Source: the human T2T-CHM13v2.0 reference genome, Homo sapiens. From it: a DNA stretch of 64,000 nucleotides. Below are positions 13,505-27,450 of the stretch, piece after piece. A model generated the notes under the pieces. That model was not told where the DNA came from and searched no databases. It worked only from the letters and a program-made list of their open reading frames with translations. The translations under genes were made by a program, and so were the position numbers. Each line of letters begins with the position of its first letter. Within the stretch, counting starts at the first letter, position 1. The stretch is taken from the NCBI RefSeq assembly GCF_009914755.1, contig NC_060930.1. One strand, 5' to 3'.

Positions 13505-14200
13505 TAGTACACCATTATAGTATACTATATAAAGACATACTATACCATTTGTAGTATACTTTATATAGTATACACTATATAGTATGTACTATATAGTATA
13601 CATTATATATACATACTACATATGCATACATAGTATATAGTAACATATATAGTATGTTATATTATATAATGTATAGGTATATATAATGTAATATATATTA
13701 TACTATATGATATATATTATATAGTATATATCGATATATAAATATACTAAATATAATACATAGTATATATTATATTACTATATATAGTCTATATAAATAC
13801 TATATAATATATACTATATATTATAATATATAGTATATATACTATAATATATACACTATATATAGTATATATACTATAATATATATACACTATATATAGT
13901 ATATATACTATAATATATATACACTATATATAGTATAGTATATATACTATATATACACTATATATAGTATATATACTATAATATATATACACTATATATA
14001 GTATAGTATATATACTATATATACTATAATATATAGCATATATTATATATAGTGTGTATATAGTGTATATATACACTATATAAAGACATACTATATATAT
14101 ACTATATAAAGATATATACTATATATTATACTCATACTTGGTGTTCCAATAAAATTGTATGAAATATATAAAATATATAATATACTTGGTGTTCCAATAC
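13505..14200. repeat. (TA)-rich low-complexity / minisatellite array
   Basis: ~700 bp of TATA/TAGTA/TACTA repeats with a recurring ~30-32 nt unit (tatatagtatatatactataatatatacac). Confidence 0.95.
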
Positions 14201-14234
14201 AATGATTTTCTACTACTTCTACAGAGCTCAAATG

Positions 14235-14408
14235 CATGGCTCTCCAACTTTGGTATACATAATAATCCTTTGAGGGAGTTTGTGAAAAGTTCCTGAGCCC
14301 CAATCTCCAAGGTTTTTTTATTAGTTCATTCGGTTTGCATTCTGAGAAGTGCTTCACATGCTTCTGATGAAGATTACTTTCAACCTCACCTTGTTTTTAG
14401 AAACACTG
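14235..14408. mobile_element. MER5A-like hAT MITE
   Basis: catggctctccaactttgg ... tttgcattctgagaagtgcttcacatgcttctgatg ... tttagaaacactg. Confidence 0.6.
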
Positions 14409-15173
14409 TCTGCGAGAATAATACAACTGGTGCCAAGCGATATCATGCTGTAATCTTCTGATCAGTCACTTGATAACTGATTTTTGCTTTTTCCCTTTCT
14501 TCCAGAGTCTTTGTATATCTAGGTTACTAGTTCCTTCTAATCTAATTGGGATACACCAACTTTCACATATAGAAGGCACAAAAATAACTTTGGAGCTTTT
14601 AAAATTCTCCCTAGATTGAGCTTACATTTTCAGCATACATCATTAGTGATATTCAGAGTCTTGAAAACCACCAAAAATAGGCAGAAAACAATAACAAGCA
14701 TTTCATGAGGAAACATGCAGGAGAATTGATTGAAACAAAAAACCATTAAAAAGCGGCTAGATCCCCATATCCTCTCTCGCACCCAATCCACCCACCATCT
14801 ACCCTCCACCATCTTTTCTCTCATGGCAACATGCACTGGAAATTGCTGCTGAACCATTTAATAGCAACAATTATTATTATTATTGCTAGGTTGCAAACAT
14901 TCCCCACTATCTGGCCATGGCTATCAATCACTCTTCTACTTCAATCACATTCCTTCTGTATCCTCTCAAACCTCTCATGTTTTATAGAGAGACAAGTCAC
15001 ATATTAAAAAACAATTCTTCATTCTCAGCTTATGTTATACGTGGTCTTTGCTCTCGGGTAAAATCTTTTGTTACAACTCTTTCTTTCAAGAGCTGAAGTT
15101 TGATTACCAGAAGTATCAAGGAATGATGTTATTAGTTTCTGTTTGAGATTAAAAGAATGTCTATTTTTAAAGT

Positions 15174-15605
15174 AGGGTGACCAAGTAATTTATTGTCCAA
15201 ACTGCAAAGGCATAGAGAGTCAAAAAGCACTATTAAAAATTGTACCAGCTGGCGCAATGGCTCACGCCTGTAATCTCAGCACTTTGGGAGGCCGAAGCTG
15301 GCAGATTGCTTGAGCTCAGGAGTTCGAGACCAGCCGGGCAACATGGTGAAACCTATCTCTACCAAAAATGCAAAAAATTAGCTGCCTGTGGTGGTGCACT
15401 CCTGTAATCTCACCTATTTGGGGGGCTGAGGTGGGAGGATCTCTTGAGCCCAGGATGTCAACACTGCAGAGAGCTGAGATTGTGCCACTACACTCCAGCC
15501 TGTGTGACAAAGTGAGACCCTGTCTCAAAAAAAAAAAAAAAATTGTACCGTCATCACAGGTATAAACTGAGATGGTTTCAGGCAAACCAGAATGCATGTT
15601 CACCT
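15174..15605. mobile_element. MER94 (hAT-Blackjack) split by an AluJ
   Basis: Termini agggtgacc ... gttcacct; internal taatttattgtccaaac and caggtataaactgagatggtttcaggcaaaccag. Confidence 0.75.
15247..15542 (+). mobile_element. AluJ, full length
   Basis: gattgcttgagctcaggagttcg and ggtgggaggatctcttgagcccagg are J-type; TSD aaaaattgtacc. Confidence 0.96.
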
Positions 15606-16920
15606 AGTGGTAAAAGAAAACAACAAATTCGAAATGAGAAAATGTGAAATTCCACTATAAACTTGTTCCATTATGTTAATGAGAAGGCATCAATTAAAAA
15701 GTTTAAATAAAGGCTAACTTTTTCAAAGTATTTTCTTTTCTATAAGTGAAAATATCAGAGAAAGGCAAGGCTGTCACCATCAGAAACATATTCTTCTAGA
15801 TAAAGATACTCAAACACATGTCAAATCTTTTACCAATAATGGAGATTGGATGAGTGTTCATTGTAGTCTACAAGGGACAAATTCACTGTAAATTCTTGCA
15901 TGTTGAAAATATCAGAAGAAGAAAAATTGGTGAAATAAGCTACGTTAATCCCATCACGATTCTGTCTGCTGCTAAAATCTAGAGAATTTAGAAATTTAAG
16001 ATTATTTAGAATATTCACATCAAATGTTATCTCTCCAACTATTTAAACGTATTGAAGTATAAAATAATGACTCATTTTATTAAGCGGTAACAACCTCTAT
16101 GGTCAAACTAAACTACTTTATTATTATTACCGAATATAGGGTTTTTTGACAATTAAATTTTATGTTTGTGTCACTAGTTGGTTGTAGTTATAGAATTAGC
16201 TTTTCCACATAACCTACTAGATATTGTAGAAAGTGTCATTGAACATCTATATTATAATATGACAAATAATTCAATTAGAAAAATAATGAGGAGAAATTTA
16301 AAAATAATTATCAACATTTTCCCCTTCCTTAAATATAATTTTAGAGGCGGAGTTTAACAGATATTTGTCACCAGTATTCTTGGTGTCAGTATTCTTACGT
16401 CAATAATCTGATATTCTGCCATATTTTGTTTTATTATTCTATTTTTCTCTTATTTCTATGTTTTGCTATAAGAAATATATTTTCTAAAGGCTTTAGTTTT
16501 CTCTTGTAAATTAAAACATTTATGCACATTTTAATTTTTTAGCAGAATAAATGATACCTTTGTTTAGGATAAAATACCCAGAATTCTTTTACATCTTTAC
16601 CCTCATGAAACATGCAACTTTGTTTTCTTTCTAAGAATGATAATGAAAGACAATATTTATTTTCTAGGAAATGTGTTTATGTTTATGATACACCAGTATA
16701 CCCTCAAAATTTGGCAATCTGCTTTAAATACATACCTATATAACCCCAACGTATGCCTGGATATATACATATATCCTTGAGTTATGAACTAAAACACAGA
16801 CAAGATGTACACCTGCCACCGTCTTTAATTCCAGCTCCTCAGAGGCAATCACTTTTATTCAACTCTTCCAGTTAATATGCTTATAATTCTGTTACTTGAT
16901 TATTCAGTTTTAGCTATAAT

Positions 16921-17640
16921 CACAATGAGACACCATCTCACACCAGTTAGAATGGTGATCATTAAAAAGTCAGGAAACAACAGGTGCTGGAGAGGATGTG
17001 GAGAAATAGGAACACTTTTACACTGTTGGTGGGACTGTAAACTAGTTCAACCATTGTGGAAGACAGTGTGGCGATTCCTCAAGGATCTAGAACTAGAAAT
17101 GCCGTTTGACCCAGTGATCGCATTACTGGATATATACCCAAATGATTATAAATCATGCTACTATAAAGACAGATGCTCACGTATGTTTATTGTGATGCTA
17201 TTCACAATAGCAAAGACTTGGAACCAACCCAAATGTCCATCAATGATAAACTGGATTAAGAAAATGTGGCACATATACACCATGGAATACTATGCAGCCA
17301 TAAAAAAGGATGAGTTCATGTCCTTTGTAGGGACATGGATGAAGCTGGAAACCATAATTCTGAGCAAACTATCACAAGGACAGAAAACCAAATACCGCAC
17401 GTTCTCACTCACAGATGGGAATTGAACAATGAGAACACTTGGACACAGGGCAGGGAACATCACACACTGGGGCCTGTCATGGGGTGGGGGGATGGGGGAG
17501 GGATGGCATTAGGAGAAATACCTAATATAAATGATGAGTTAATGGGTGCAGCACACCAACATAGCACATGTATACCTATTTAACAAACCTGCACATTGTG
17601 CACATGTACCCTAGAACTTAAAAGTATATATAAAAAAAAG
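16921..17640 (+). mobile_element. L1PA (PA5/PA6-like) 5'-truncated copy: ORF2 C-terminus plus 3' UTR
   Basis: ORF 16877-17425 contains [11 protein letters not shown]...[27 protein letters not shown] (L1 ORF2p C-terminal cysteine-rich region); G-rich 3' UTR; TSD gttttagctat(a/t)at at 16907-16920 and 17641-17654. Confidence 0.97.
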
Positions 17641-18315
17641 GTTTTAGCTATTATCTATTATTTCTTTTTATTTAAAAAAAGATCAGGCTTTTTACGGCCA
17701 TACACATACAAATACATACATTTTCCCTCTCTCCTCTGACTCTTAAAGCAATTGAAATATACATTTTTGTATATGTTGTTAGGTCAGTATTTATCACTTA
17801 CATTAGTATAACATTGTACATATTATACATAGTACAGTGTCCTGCAGTGAATCAATATATTATAATTACCTTTTTGTGTAAAACTTTTTCATTTCAGAGG
17901 AGGCAATATGGTCTTTTCCTTTATATTCCTCTATGTCTCTACCACTTATCCATCTTTAGTTACTCTTTGAGTAACTAAATCTCATTCAGGTACATTTAAA
18001 GATTGGAAGTTTTTTCAGTGTTACTTTTTAAAAATTGGGTGTTTCTCATTGGAATCTCCTTACTTCAGTTCACCTCTGGATTGACTGCTCTCCAAGCCTG
18101 TGTTATTTTCATTGGGGTTTCTTTTTCACCTCTCTGTTAGATCCTATCTATGGTATTTTCATGTTTCCTAACATTTCTTTAATCTGTTCATCCCTTTTTC
18201 CCTTTTCCTGTAATTTCTGAGATAATCACTTAATTTTGTCTTTCACTTTACCACTTCAGATTTCAGCAGTATTCAAAGTGTTGTTTATTGTCTCCATTAT
18301 AAATATTTAAATTGG

Positions 18316-18582
18316 GGCCAGGCACGGTGGCTCAAACCTGTAATCCCAGCACTTTGGAAGGCCGAGGTGGGTGCATCACTTGAGGTCAGGAGTTCAAGAC
18401 CAGCCTGGCCAATATGGTGAAACTCCATCTCTACTAAAAATACAAAAATTAACCAGGCATGGTGGCGGGCACCTGTAATCACAGCTACTGAGGAGGCTGA
18501 GGCAGGAGAATCGCTTGAACCTGGAGGCGGAGGTTGCAGTGAGCCGAGATAAGACCCTGTCTCAAAAAAAAAAAAAGAAAAA
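18316..18582 (+). mobile_element. AluS (Sz/Sx-like) with ~33-bp right-arm deletion
   Basis: gagccgagat joins directly to aagaccctgtctc; TSD atttaaattg. Confidence 0.95.
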
Positions 18583-19270
18583 TTTAAATTGTAAATGATG
18601 TTTACACCTTAAGTTTTTCGATCTTTATGGTTGCCTGTTTTTGTATTATAGAAGTAATATATTGATTTTCTTCTTTTCTGGCAATAACTGTTTCTTAGAA
18701 ATCAATTCCTTTTATTCATCAGCTGAAGTCCTCTTCATTAGGACTGTAGTGCCTCCCAAATGCTTGGTGCTGTTTCTCATATTATCACGCATATGTAGAA
18801 AGACCTGTGTTATGTACTTCATGGGAGATAAAATGGGCTATCTCAGAGTTAGAGAATCTCTGCTCTAACCTTCTAGGAACATTTTAAATGACACTAAACC
18901 AATGTTTCCCTATAGCAGACCTGGGCCTACTAACACATTCAGGAACCGCTGGGAGTGGCAGGAGCCATAGTCATTTGCAGCCTAGGAAGCTGCAGTTATG
19001 CAAGTGTCTTTGTCATATGTGACAAGGCAGCCAGAAGCTACCCAGGAGAAGGCCTGTGTTCCTTGCATGACTCAACCTTTCCCTCTTATGAGACAGCTGT
19101 AGTAACGACTCCATTGCCCATTAGCATGGCTTTCCGTCCAGAGTGACGCTGAGATCTTTGGCATGGCTGTGCCGCTGTTGTCTTCTGCACATCTATGAGG
19201 TAGAGAAGGAAGCTAAACATGGTCCAGAACCATTTTTACCTTCAGCTCTGTGAGTTAAAGGACTTCCTAG

Positions 19271-19752
<482 letters not shown>

Positions 19753-21245
19753 TAGAGATGTGGACTTATTGGTGCCCATTCCTAATGGAAACCTAAAATA
19801 ATTTCTATGGCAAGTATTCAGCTTAAAGTGGGTTTGAGTAGTGAGCAGATAAATTCACGGGAAGAGGGATAAGCATCAACATTTTAAACTGGCTGAGATT
19901 ACTGTGTGATTTTTAAGGAAAGTATTCCTGTTCACTTTGGTGAATAAGGAAGACTAAAATTACAAAGTGTGGGTGGTTATCAACATGAGGACGCACTTTT
20001 GTTGAGCCAAAATAGCTCCGTCTATTGAAGACTTCTATCCACAGAGCCAAAAGTCAGTGACAAGGCAATGAAAACTTTAGAGAGGCTTAACTTGTTTTTG
20101 AAGAGTTTGCAATAAAGGAGATAAAGAGAATTGTAGTAATTAACGGAATCATTAAAATGATCCAAAACATGTAAGTTATTTTAGCAGTTTGCAGCATAAA
20201 CTTTCAATTGTCATCCCATAAACTATTTTCTAAAGGTTGAAGAAAGGATTACAGCATTGCCATTGGTAGGTTATGTTTTCAATTCATCCAGAAAGAACTA
20301 TATTGAGAATTGCTCTAAATCAACATTTGGCAAGAAATGTGGCCCATTAATCATAACAGGCTCCAAATGGTTTTGATGGCAAAACATTTGAGATGTTTAA
20401 TCAGGTTACTTACTTGAGGAAGAATTATTAAGTTCCTGACTGTTAGTCGAGTACCTACAGTCTGTTGTAGTCGTTAATGGTTCTGGTGCTATAAATCTAA
20501 GAGAATTAGACTTAACCATCACCTGGAAACTGCTTCTGAGAACTTCCTTACTAAAGTCATACCATGGAAAATTATGACCCAAATCCCCCACCATTACCAT
20601 TTCTAACAGTCAAGCTCAGAATCTTTAGAAACTTTTAATAGGTTTTGAATTTCAATATGATAATATTATTCATTGTCAACTGAGCCATGCCAAGCTTACT
20701 TTTTGCAATTTAGCAGTAGGTAACCATACATGAATTGGAAGATTGCTATCCATAATTACCCTAAACGCTCAATCTCTTCTTAAGTAAGACATGCATTCTA
20801 TTTTGTAGTCAACTCATTTTACTCAGTATTTCAGAGAAGATTTCCTTCACTATCTTGCTTAGGATTTAATTTGGGGTAAATAAATTTTTTTATGAAATAT
20901 CAAAAAATGTCCTTGAAAAAATATTAAGGGAAAACACTACTTAAAATGCTAACATAAACCATTTATCATTAAAATATACATTCTCAATAAATGTTTGAAC
21001 TAAAAATTATGTTTATTTTTCATAAGCAAGAAATTTATATACTTCCCCTGGAAGAATACCATCATTAATCCGACAGAGGTTTGCAACCAGTGATTTAGAC
21101 CACCATAGGTACTGAGCTAAATTTCTGTTAGAAGAGGGATTGAACGGAGTGGGGTGGTCCAGGTATCAGCAGCAGTCAGTCACTTGTGAGAGAAGCAGTG
21201 AGTGTCCTGATGCCAACTCAGCTTGTGCTGTGAGTCTTGGCTGCC

Positions 21246-21690
21246 CATATTAGTTTGCTGGGGCTGTCATAACAAAATGCCACCAACTGAGTGGCATAAG
21301 CAGCAGAAATTATCTCACAATTTTGGAGTCCAGGAGTCCAGGATGAAGATGTTGACAGTAGGCTTCTTCTGTCATCAGAGGGCCACGAGAGAATCTGTCA
21401 TCCTTTTCTCATAGCCTCTGGCAGTTTGCTGCAATGCTTGGCATTCCTTGGCTTGTAGAAACTCCGCTTTCAGGTTCACAGGGTGTTCTCCCTGCACGCG
21501 TGTCTCTGAATTTTCCTCTTTTTATAAGGACACCAGTCCTCTTAGAGTAAGAGCCTTTCCTACTACACTGTAACCCATTTTAACAAGTTACATCTGCAAT
21601 GACCCTATTTCCAAAGAGTCATATTCTGAGGTACTAAGGGTTAGGACTTCCACATATAAATTTTGGTGGGACACAATTCAACTCATAATA
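21246..21690 (-). mobile_element. MLT1C-like MaLR solo LTR
   Basis: tattagtttgctggggctgtcataacaaaatgccac ... ggcattccttggcttgtaga ... gggacacaattcaactcataata; 5-bp TSD ctgcc (21241-21245, 21691-21695). Confidence 0.9.
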
Positions 21691-21699
21691 CTGCCCCCC

Positions 21700-21870
21700 A
21701 AGTTCATCCTGTGAACTTGGGCAGGTCACTTCATTCTAAGTCTCAGCTTCCTTGTTGGTAAATATAGTAAAGCTAATAGCACCAATGTCATTGGCATATT
21801 TAAGGATTTAGCTAGGCCATACACACACAAGGTAACTAAGTATATCTCAGCCATTACTAATGGTAGTAGC
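21700..21870 (+). mobile_element. MIR SINE fragment
   Basis: ctgtgaacttgggcaggtcacttcattctaagtctcagcttcc core. Confidence 0.7.
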
Positions 21871-22058
21871 ACAATATATTAGCTCTATAATTTGATTTCC
21901 ATAAGGTTTCACATTATATTTAATCTTACTTTAATTTCTTATCTCTGTGGGCAAATGTATACAAACTTTAAAAATAAGAAAATACTGCTATTCAAGTATA
22001 CAGAAAAAACAATAATGAGTAATTGTTCATGGCTATTGCCTTTTTAAAAAGCATTCTG

Positions 22059-22372
<314 letters not shown>

Positions 22373-22978
22373 CTACATCTTTAGGTAGTGATACAGGTGA
22401 TTCAGCCATAACATTTCATCTGTGATATACATTGAAAACTCATAATTACTTAAAGTGACAGAGTATTCACAGATATATATTTTCCATTGCATATTTAACT
22501 GGAAGAAATGTTGTACACAGTAAATATTAAAGTTAAAAACAGGATTAAATAGACTGGAGTTTACCCTGTTAAAAGCTATATACTTTTTATATTTTTAAAC
22601 ACGTTAAATATTTTGTGATATTTCCTGAAAATACCATGCCAACAAGAGTACAGTTATTTAACAGAAATAGTTATCCTACCATGACATGAGAGGCCTCATT
22701 AGTTTTTTTTTTATAATTAGCTATAACCGCATCAAAAATTATTAGCTATAATGAAACAAAGGGCCTCTGGAAAGTGAACCCACATGAATACTTATTGTGA
22801 GTAAATTAAATTGAAAAAGCCTTGATGAAGCAGTGTACACCTAATTTCACATAAAAAATGCTGATTTCTCCCTGAAGAACAACTACAGATTCCATTAAAA
22901 TATGAATATTTCATATAAATATCAATTAATCAAAAATGTATTTATGCGGTGTCCCTGACTGGAATAAAAAGCATGTAA

Positions 22979-23291
22979 GACCAGGCACCGTGGCCCACGT
23001 CTGTAATCCCACCACATTGGGAGGCCCAGGTGAGCAGATCATTTGAGCCCAGGAGTTCAAAACAAGCCTGGACAACATGGTGAAACCTCATCTCTGTTAA
23101 AAATACAAAAAATTAGCCAGGCATAGTGGTGCATGCCTGTGGTCCCAGCTACCCAGGAGGCTGAGGTGAGGGGATTGCTTGAGCCCAGGAGTTTGAGGTT
23201 GCAATGAGCCCTTACCAACCTGGGCAACAGAAAGAGACCCTGTCTCAAAAAAAAAAAAAAACAAAAAAAAAACCACACACACACACACACA
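22979..23291 (+). mobile_element. AluJ with small right-arm deletion and (CA)n after the tail
   Basis: gatcatttgagcccaggagttc J-type; A tail to 23272 followed by about (CA)9. Confidence 0.95.
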
Positions 23292-26229
23292 TAAAATTTC
23301 ATATATTAAAAAACCAGGTGAAAAGACAGTGATGCCATACCTCAAAACAACAATCAAATTGGTAAACCTAAGTTAAACAGGTTCATCATATAAAATATGA
23401 CCTTTTTGGAGAATTCTCTTTTTAAAGTCTTAGAAATATTTTCTTCATATTATAATTGGATACATATATTCTAAAACATTTGAGAAATTGTTAAGCTTCA
23501 TGTTTTGAAAGGGGGCTTTGGCTAAGAAGCATGGAATGGAAAGGAAAGAGGGAAGTAGAAAAAGAAATGCATGAAGTGATAGTAACAGAAGCACATGCTT
23601 CCCAGCGTGCATGCCAATAGGCTGGAGGAGTGCCTTCTTAATAAGCATTCCAAGCACACTTTGGCATATGTGTTTCGACAATAGCATCCCTGGGGATGGG
23701 TCTTCAGGGAAGTTTCCAAATACATTTCAGACCTAATTTTCATTATGCATTCACAAGATACCCTGCATGGTGTTGAGATACATGCAAGCAGTGAGAAGGA
23801 TTTGTGTAATATAAGTATTTGATGGATCTGCCCTCCCTAGGTCCCTAAGCCAAGCCCTCTAGTAATAGTGGCCACAGCTCTGCAGTGATCCCCTGCCTCA
23901 CAGTGACAGCGTGCTATCCCCTCTACTAGCTACAGGTAGTGCATTCTTCTCTACTTCTGCTTGCAAGGTAAACCGAGTAACTCTCCAAGATCAAAAAGTA
24001 TTTAATTTAAAATCTGCTTACTTGAAACTGTGCCTAAAGTATGGTCAGCACTATAAGAATTATTGAGTAAATTTGAGCCTACTCAAAACCAATCTGGACT
24101 TGGTCATAGTGTGAATGAAGGGCAGAAAGCCAAAAGACATGGGAAGAGAACTCTGCATTATTTCATCGATCTTGATATAGTCTTATCCAATACCAAATTT
24201 ACCAGGTCATTACACTAGATTGTTTTCTGTTTTGCTATGTCCATGAAATCAGCACCAAAGAAAACATTTCTATGTATGCCTCACTGATCAGTTGGTCAAC
24301 TGACAGCCATTAGAATTTAGGTGCATTAATTTATAACTGCTATTCAACAGATATGTATTGCATTTTTTTCACATATCTTGACTCCTCAAATGATTCTAAC
24401 TACTTGAAAGTAGAAATCCTGCCTTACACATATTTGTAATTTCACATTGCAATTCTTGGAATGTAGTATGTTGCTTATAACTATTTAAATGATGGACCAA
24501 AATACGTATAGTCAGGGTATTAGTTGATGTGACCCATGGGGTCCAATCAGTTTTAGAGCAGAATTGTTAAATGAAGTTAGTGTAATAAAGATTAAGCCTG
24601 TTCAGCATTTCTCATCATTTCACACTAGGAGTGCATTTGAAACAATTCTTCTAAATTATTTTTCTTCAAAGACATCAAGATTAACATAAGTGGAAACAGT
24701 GACAAGCTAACAGCCCCCGATGGGCAGCAAAGTGACTGTCACTTTGCCAAGCCTTTTTACTAACATAGAAGGTGTTTTCTTTTACCATCATGAAAAGCGT
24801 GGCTTTCCTGTTAAGCTTGATGTGTACCACTGGAAAAAAAAAGAAACCTGGCCTGAGATGTTAGAATAAAGTCTTTACTGCTCATTTGCCAGCATTCCTT
24901 GCCTCATTTAAGGGGGACCTATTGAAAAAGAAACTGAACTGAAATGATTTTCAGATGTGAATGGATTTCCAGGTAGTCAGTCACCTGGTCTAGGGACCAG
25001 TCACACTTCCTTGGCAATCTTTTTAAGGCACCATGCTTCAATGATCATGGTCTTCCAGGTCATCCTACAGCATTTGCCTTTGTTCGGGTCAATCGAATCA
25101 GTCATATTAACTCCTTGCAATGGCATAGGTACTAAATGAATCTTCTCTTGAAGGAGAAATGTTATCTGTGTGCTATGAAAGGAAATGTTAGATTAATGGA
25201 ATCCCAGGGTTAGAAAGGAACTCAAGGGTCATTTATTTTTAGTTGACATTTCTTTTGTGGAGCCCCGTCCCCTACATAATATTTATATTGGCCAAGTCTG
25301 CATGAGGTATGGATTAGAACACTTTTAATGATATCATTTATGTTTCTGTGTAGAAAAGAGAAGTATTTTTCAGCTCTCATGGTCTATTGGTATTTTCCAT
25401 GCCATAGTCCATGACATATGTACCTTGATTTAAATTCAGCCCTGAAACCTTGGAAGAGGGCCTAAATGGAGCCAAGAAGGTGAGAGGCTTTGCTCCCTGC
25501 AAGGCTCTGAGCATAGCACATTTTCTAATGGTGTGGAAGCTCTTGATTAAGAAGGAGAAACTGATGCCAATTCTGTCTTATCCTCTGGTGTGACTCGAGC
25601 AGTTCAAAGAAGGCTACCATGACCTTGGAATCTCTGTCCCATTGAAACTGCAAGGCTCAAAATTCCACCATTAGAGAACTTTTCATTTTGTCAAACTGTA
25701 GCCTTTCATGTTTTTCTTTATAAAACATAATCACTATAGAAAGGTGTAATATATAAAGTTGCTAAAATGTAACTTTTTAATAAGATTTTTCTACTCAGAT
25801 ATTTCTACCGAAATAAATGGCCCTAGCAATATGTAAACAATCAGAACAAAATAAACTAAAGGAGAGAAGAGGAATCTGGGGAGAGAAGGTGTCTGAAACA
25901 CAGTCACTAGTGAATGGAAACTTCAGCACTGCAAGGCCAGCCTGGTCTCCAATATCCACTGTGAGCTGCCTGACAGCCTTGAGCAAGTCCTGCTCCTGCA
26001 CTCTGGTTGTTATAAACCAAGGGCCCAGATCATGTTGGACCCAGCAGCTGCTGCTTAATTGCTTAATTGTTTTTACCATCCTGTGGAACAAAATGACATA
26101 ATAGCTTCAGACAATAGTAAGTGGAATGTGTAATTCCTGCTGATCACAGAGTCTCAGACATTGGTGGGACCTAGACCTGGCCTGTGTCTTTTGCTGGACT
26201 TCAATCTCTACAGTCTCAGAGAGTAAGTT

Positions 26230-27450
26230 TTCATAAAGCACCTGCCATGTGCCAGGCACCAGGTGGAGCTGGGGTCAGATTCCTGAAAAACAGAAGAGGA
26301 TGCTGCTCTCATGAGGCTTAGAGCCTACAGAAGGAGAGGGGTGTTCAGTTAGACATAGACAGCCCATCCCAAGGATCCCCTTCCCCATTCTTCCACCACC
26401 AAGAATGAGGAGGGCAACCTGGGAGAAGGACAGGAGATCAAAGAGACTACTGCAGGTGGAAGGAATGGAATGTCAGGGCCTGAGGCAGGAAAGGCAAAGA
26501 TGTTCTTGAAAAAATTGTAAGAACCACAGAGGACTAGAGCAGAGGGAGTCACTGGCAATAGCATGAGGAATGAAGCTGGAGACCTAGATCATGGTGTGCT
26601 TTGTGTAGGAGGGATTTGAGATCTTAGCTTAAATGTAATATCACGGCTGTTGAATGATGTTTAGCTGGCTGGTGTCAAGATTAGAATTCTTTTCTTTTTT
26701 TTTTTTAAGTGTCATTCTGGAGGCAAGTTAGAAACTGAATTGAGTAGGGCAAGAGGAGAGGCAGAAAAGGAGAGAAGAAATTGGATTCATCACCAAGGAG
26801 GATATTAATGGCCTAAACTGAGGAATCGACATTAGTAATAAAATGAAACTCATTTGAACATTTGAAACATTGACATGGTTTATAGTGCAGAGAAGAAGAA
26901 ATGCTGTAAGGATGAAGCCAAAGACTGAATAAATGGATAGAGGGTAGAACCATATACTTAGCAGGGAAGGGGAAAGGCAGCTTTGGAGCAGGAGGTCAGA
27001 ACCCATGAATTACAATGAGGTATTCATTCAAGAGGATGTACTTTGTGAACATTTGGCTTTAAAAGATCTGGGGTTAAAAGAATGATCTGGGCCCCAAGTA
27101 AACATTTGAGAGAAGGTACATGGATGGCATTTGAAGTAACTGGGAAGGACAAGGTCCCTTAGGGAGTTTGCATAGAGCAGCAAAAGGAGAGTCCACCAAA
27201 CCAAGTCTCGTGAACTTTGACATTTAATGACTGAGTTGACATGGGAAAGAAACAGCAGAGGGGTACAGAGAAAAAAGAAGAATCTTGAATACCTGATGTT
27301 AAAGTAATTTAGAAGCCAATGTGTCTGCAAATGGTGGATGGTCATCTGTTCAGAATGCTGTGGTGAGATTAAATTGAAGACTAAGGTGTTTATCGGATTT
27401 AGTGACATGGAAGTCACTGGTGAATTTAGCAAGGTATGGCTCAATAGCAG
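26230..27450 (-). mobile_element. L2 LINE fragment
   Basis: aagcacctgccatgtgccaggcac ... ggatttagtgacatggaagtcactggtgaatttagcaag; purine-rich antisense L2 texture. Confidence 0.75.

Noticed and set aside
16877-17425. 182-aa ORF, the longest in the track
   Set aside because: C-terminal fragment of L1 ORF2p in a 5'-truncated copy, fused to a chance upstream ATG.
17481-17503. G-quadruplex-like G-runs here and at ~34380-34401
   Set aside because: Standard G-rich tract of the L1 3' UTR.
24288-24303. 7-bp-arm inverted repeat tcagttg-gt-caactga, and the AT-rich palindrome near 48910-48935
   Set aside because: Expected by chance or a by-product of TA microsatellite sequence.
27028-27444. 138-aa minus-strand ORF, and similar ORFs at 35057-35454 and 57020-57406
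   Set aside because: They lie in decayed L2 sequence with compositional bias; no splice or domain support.
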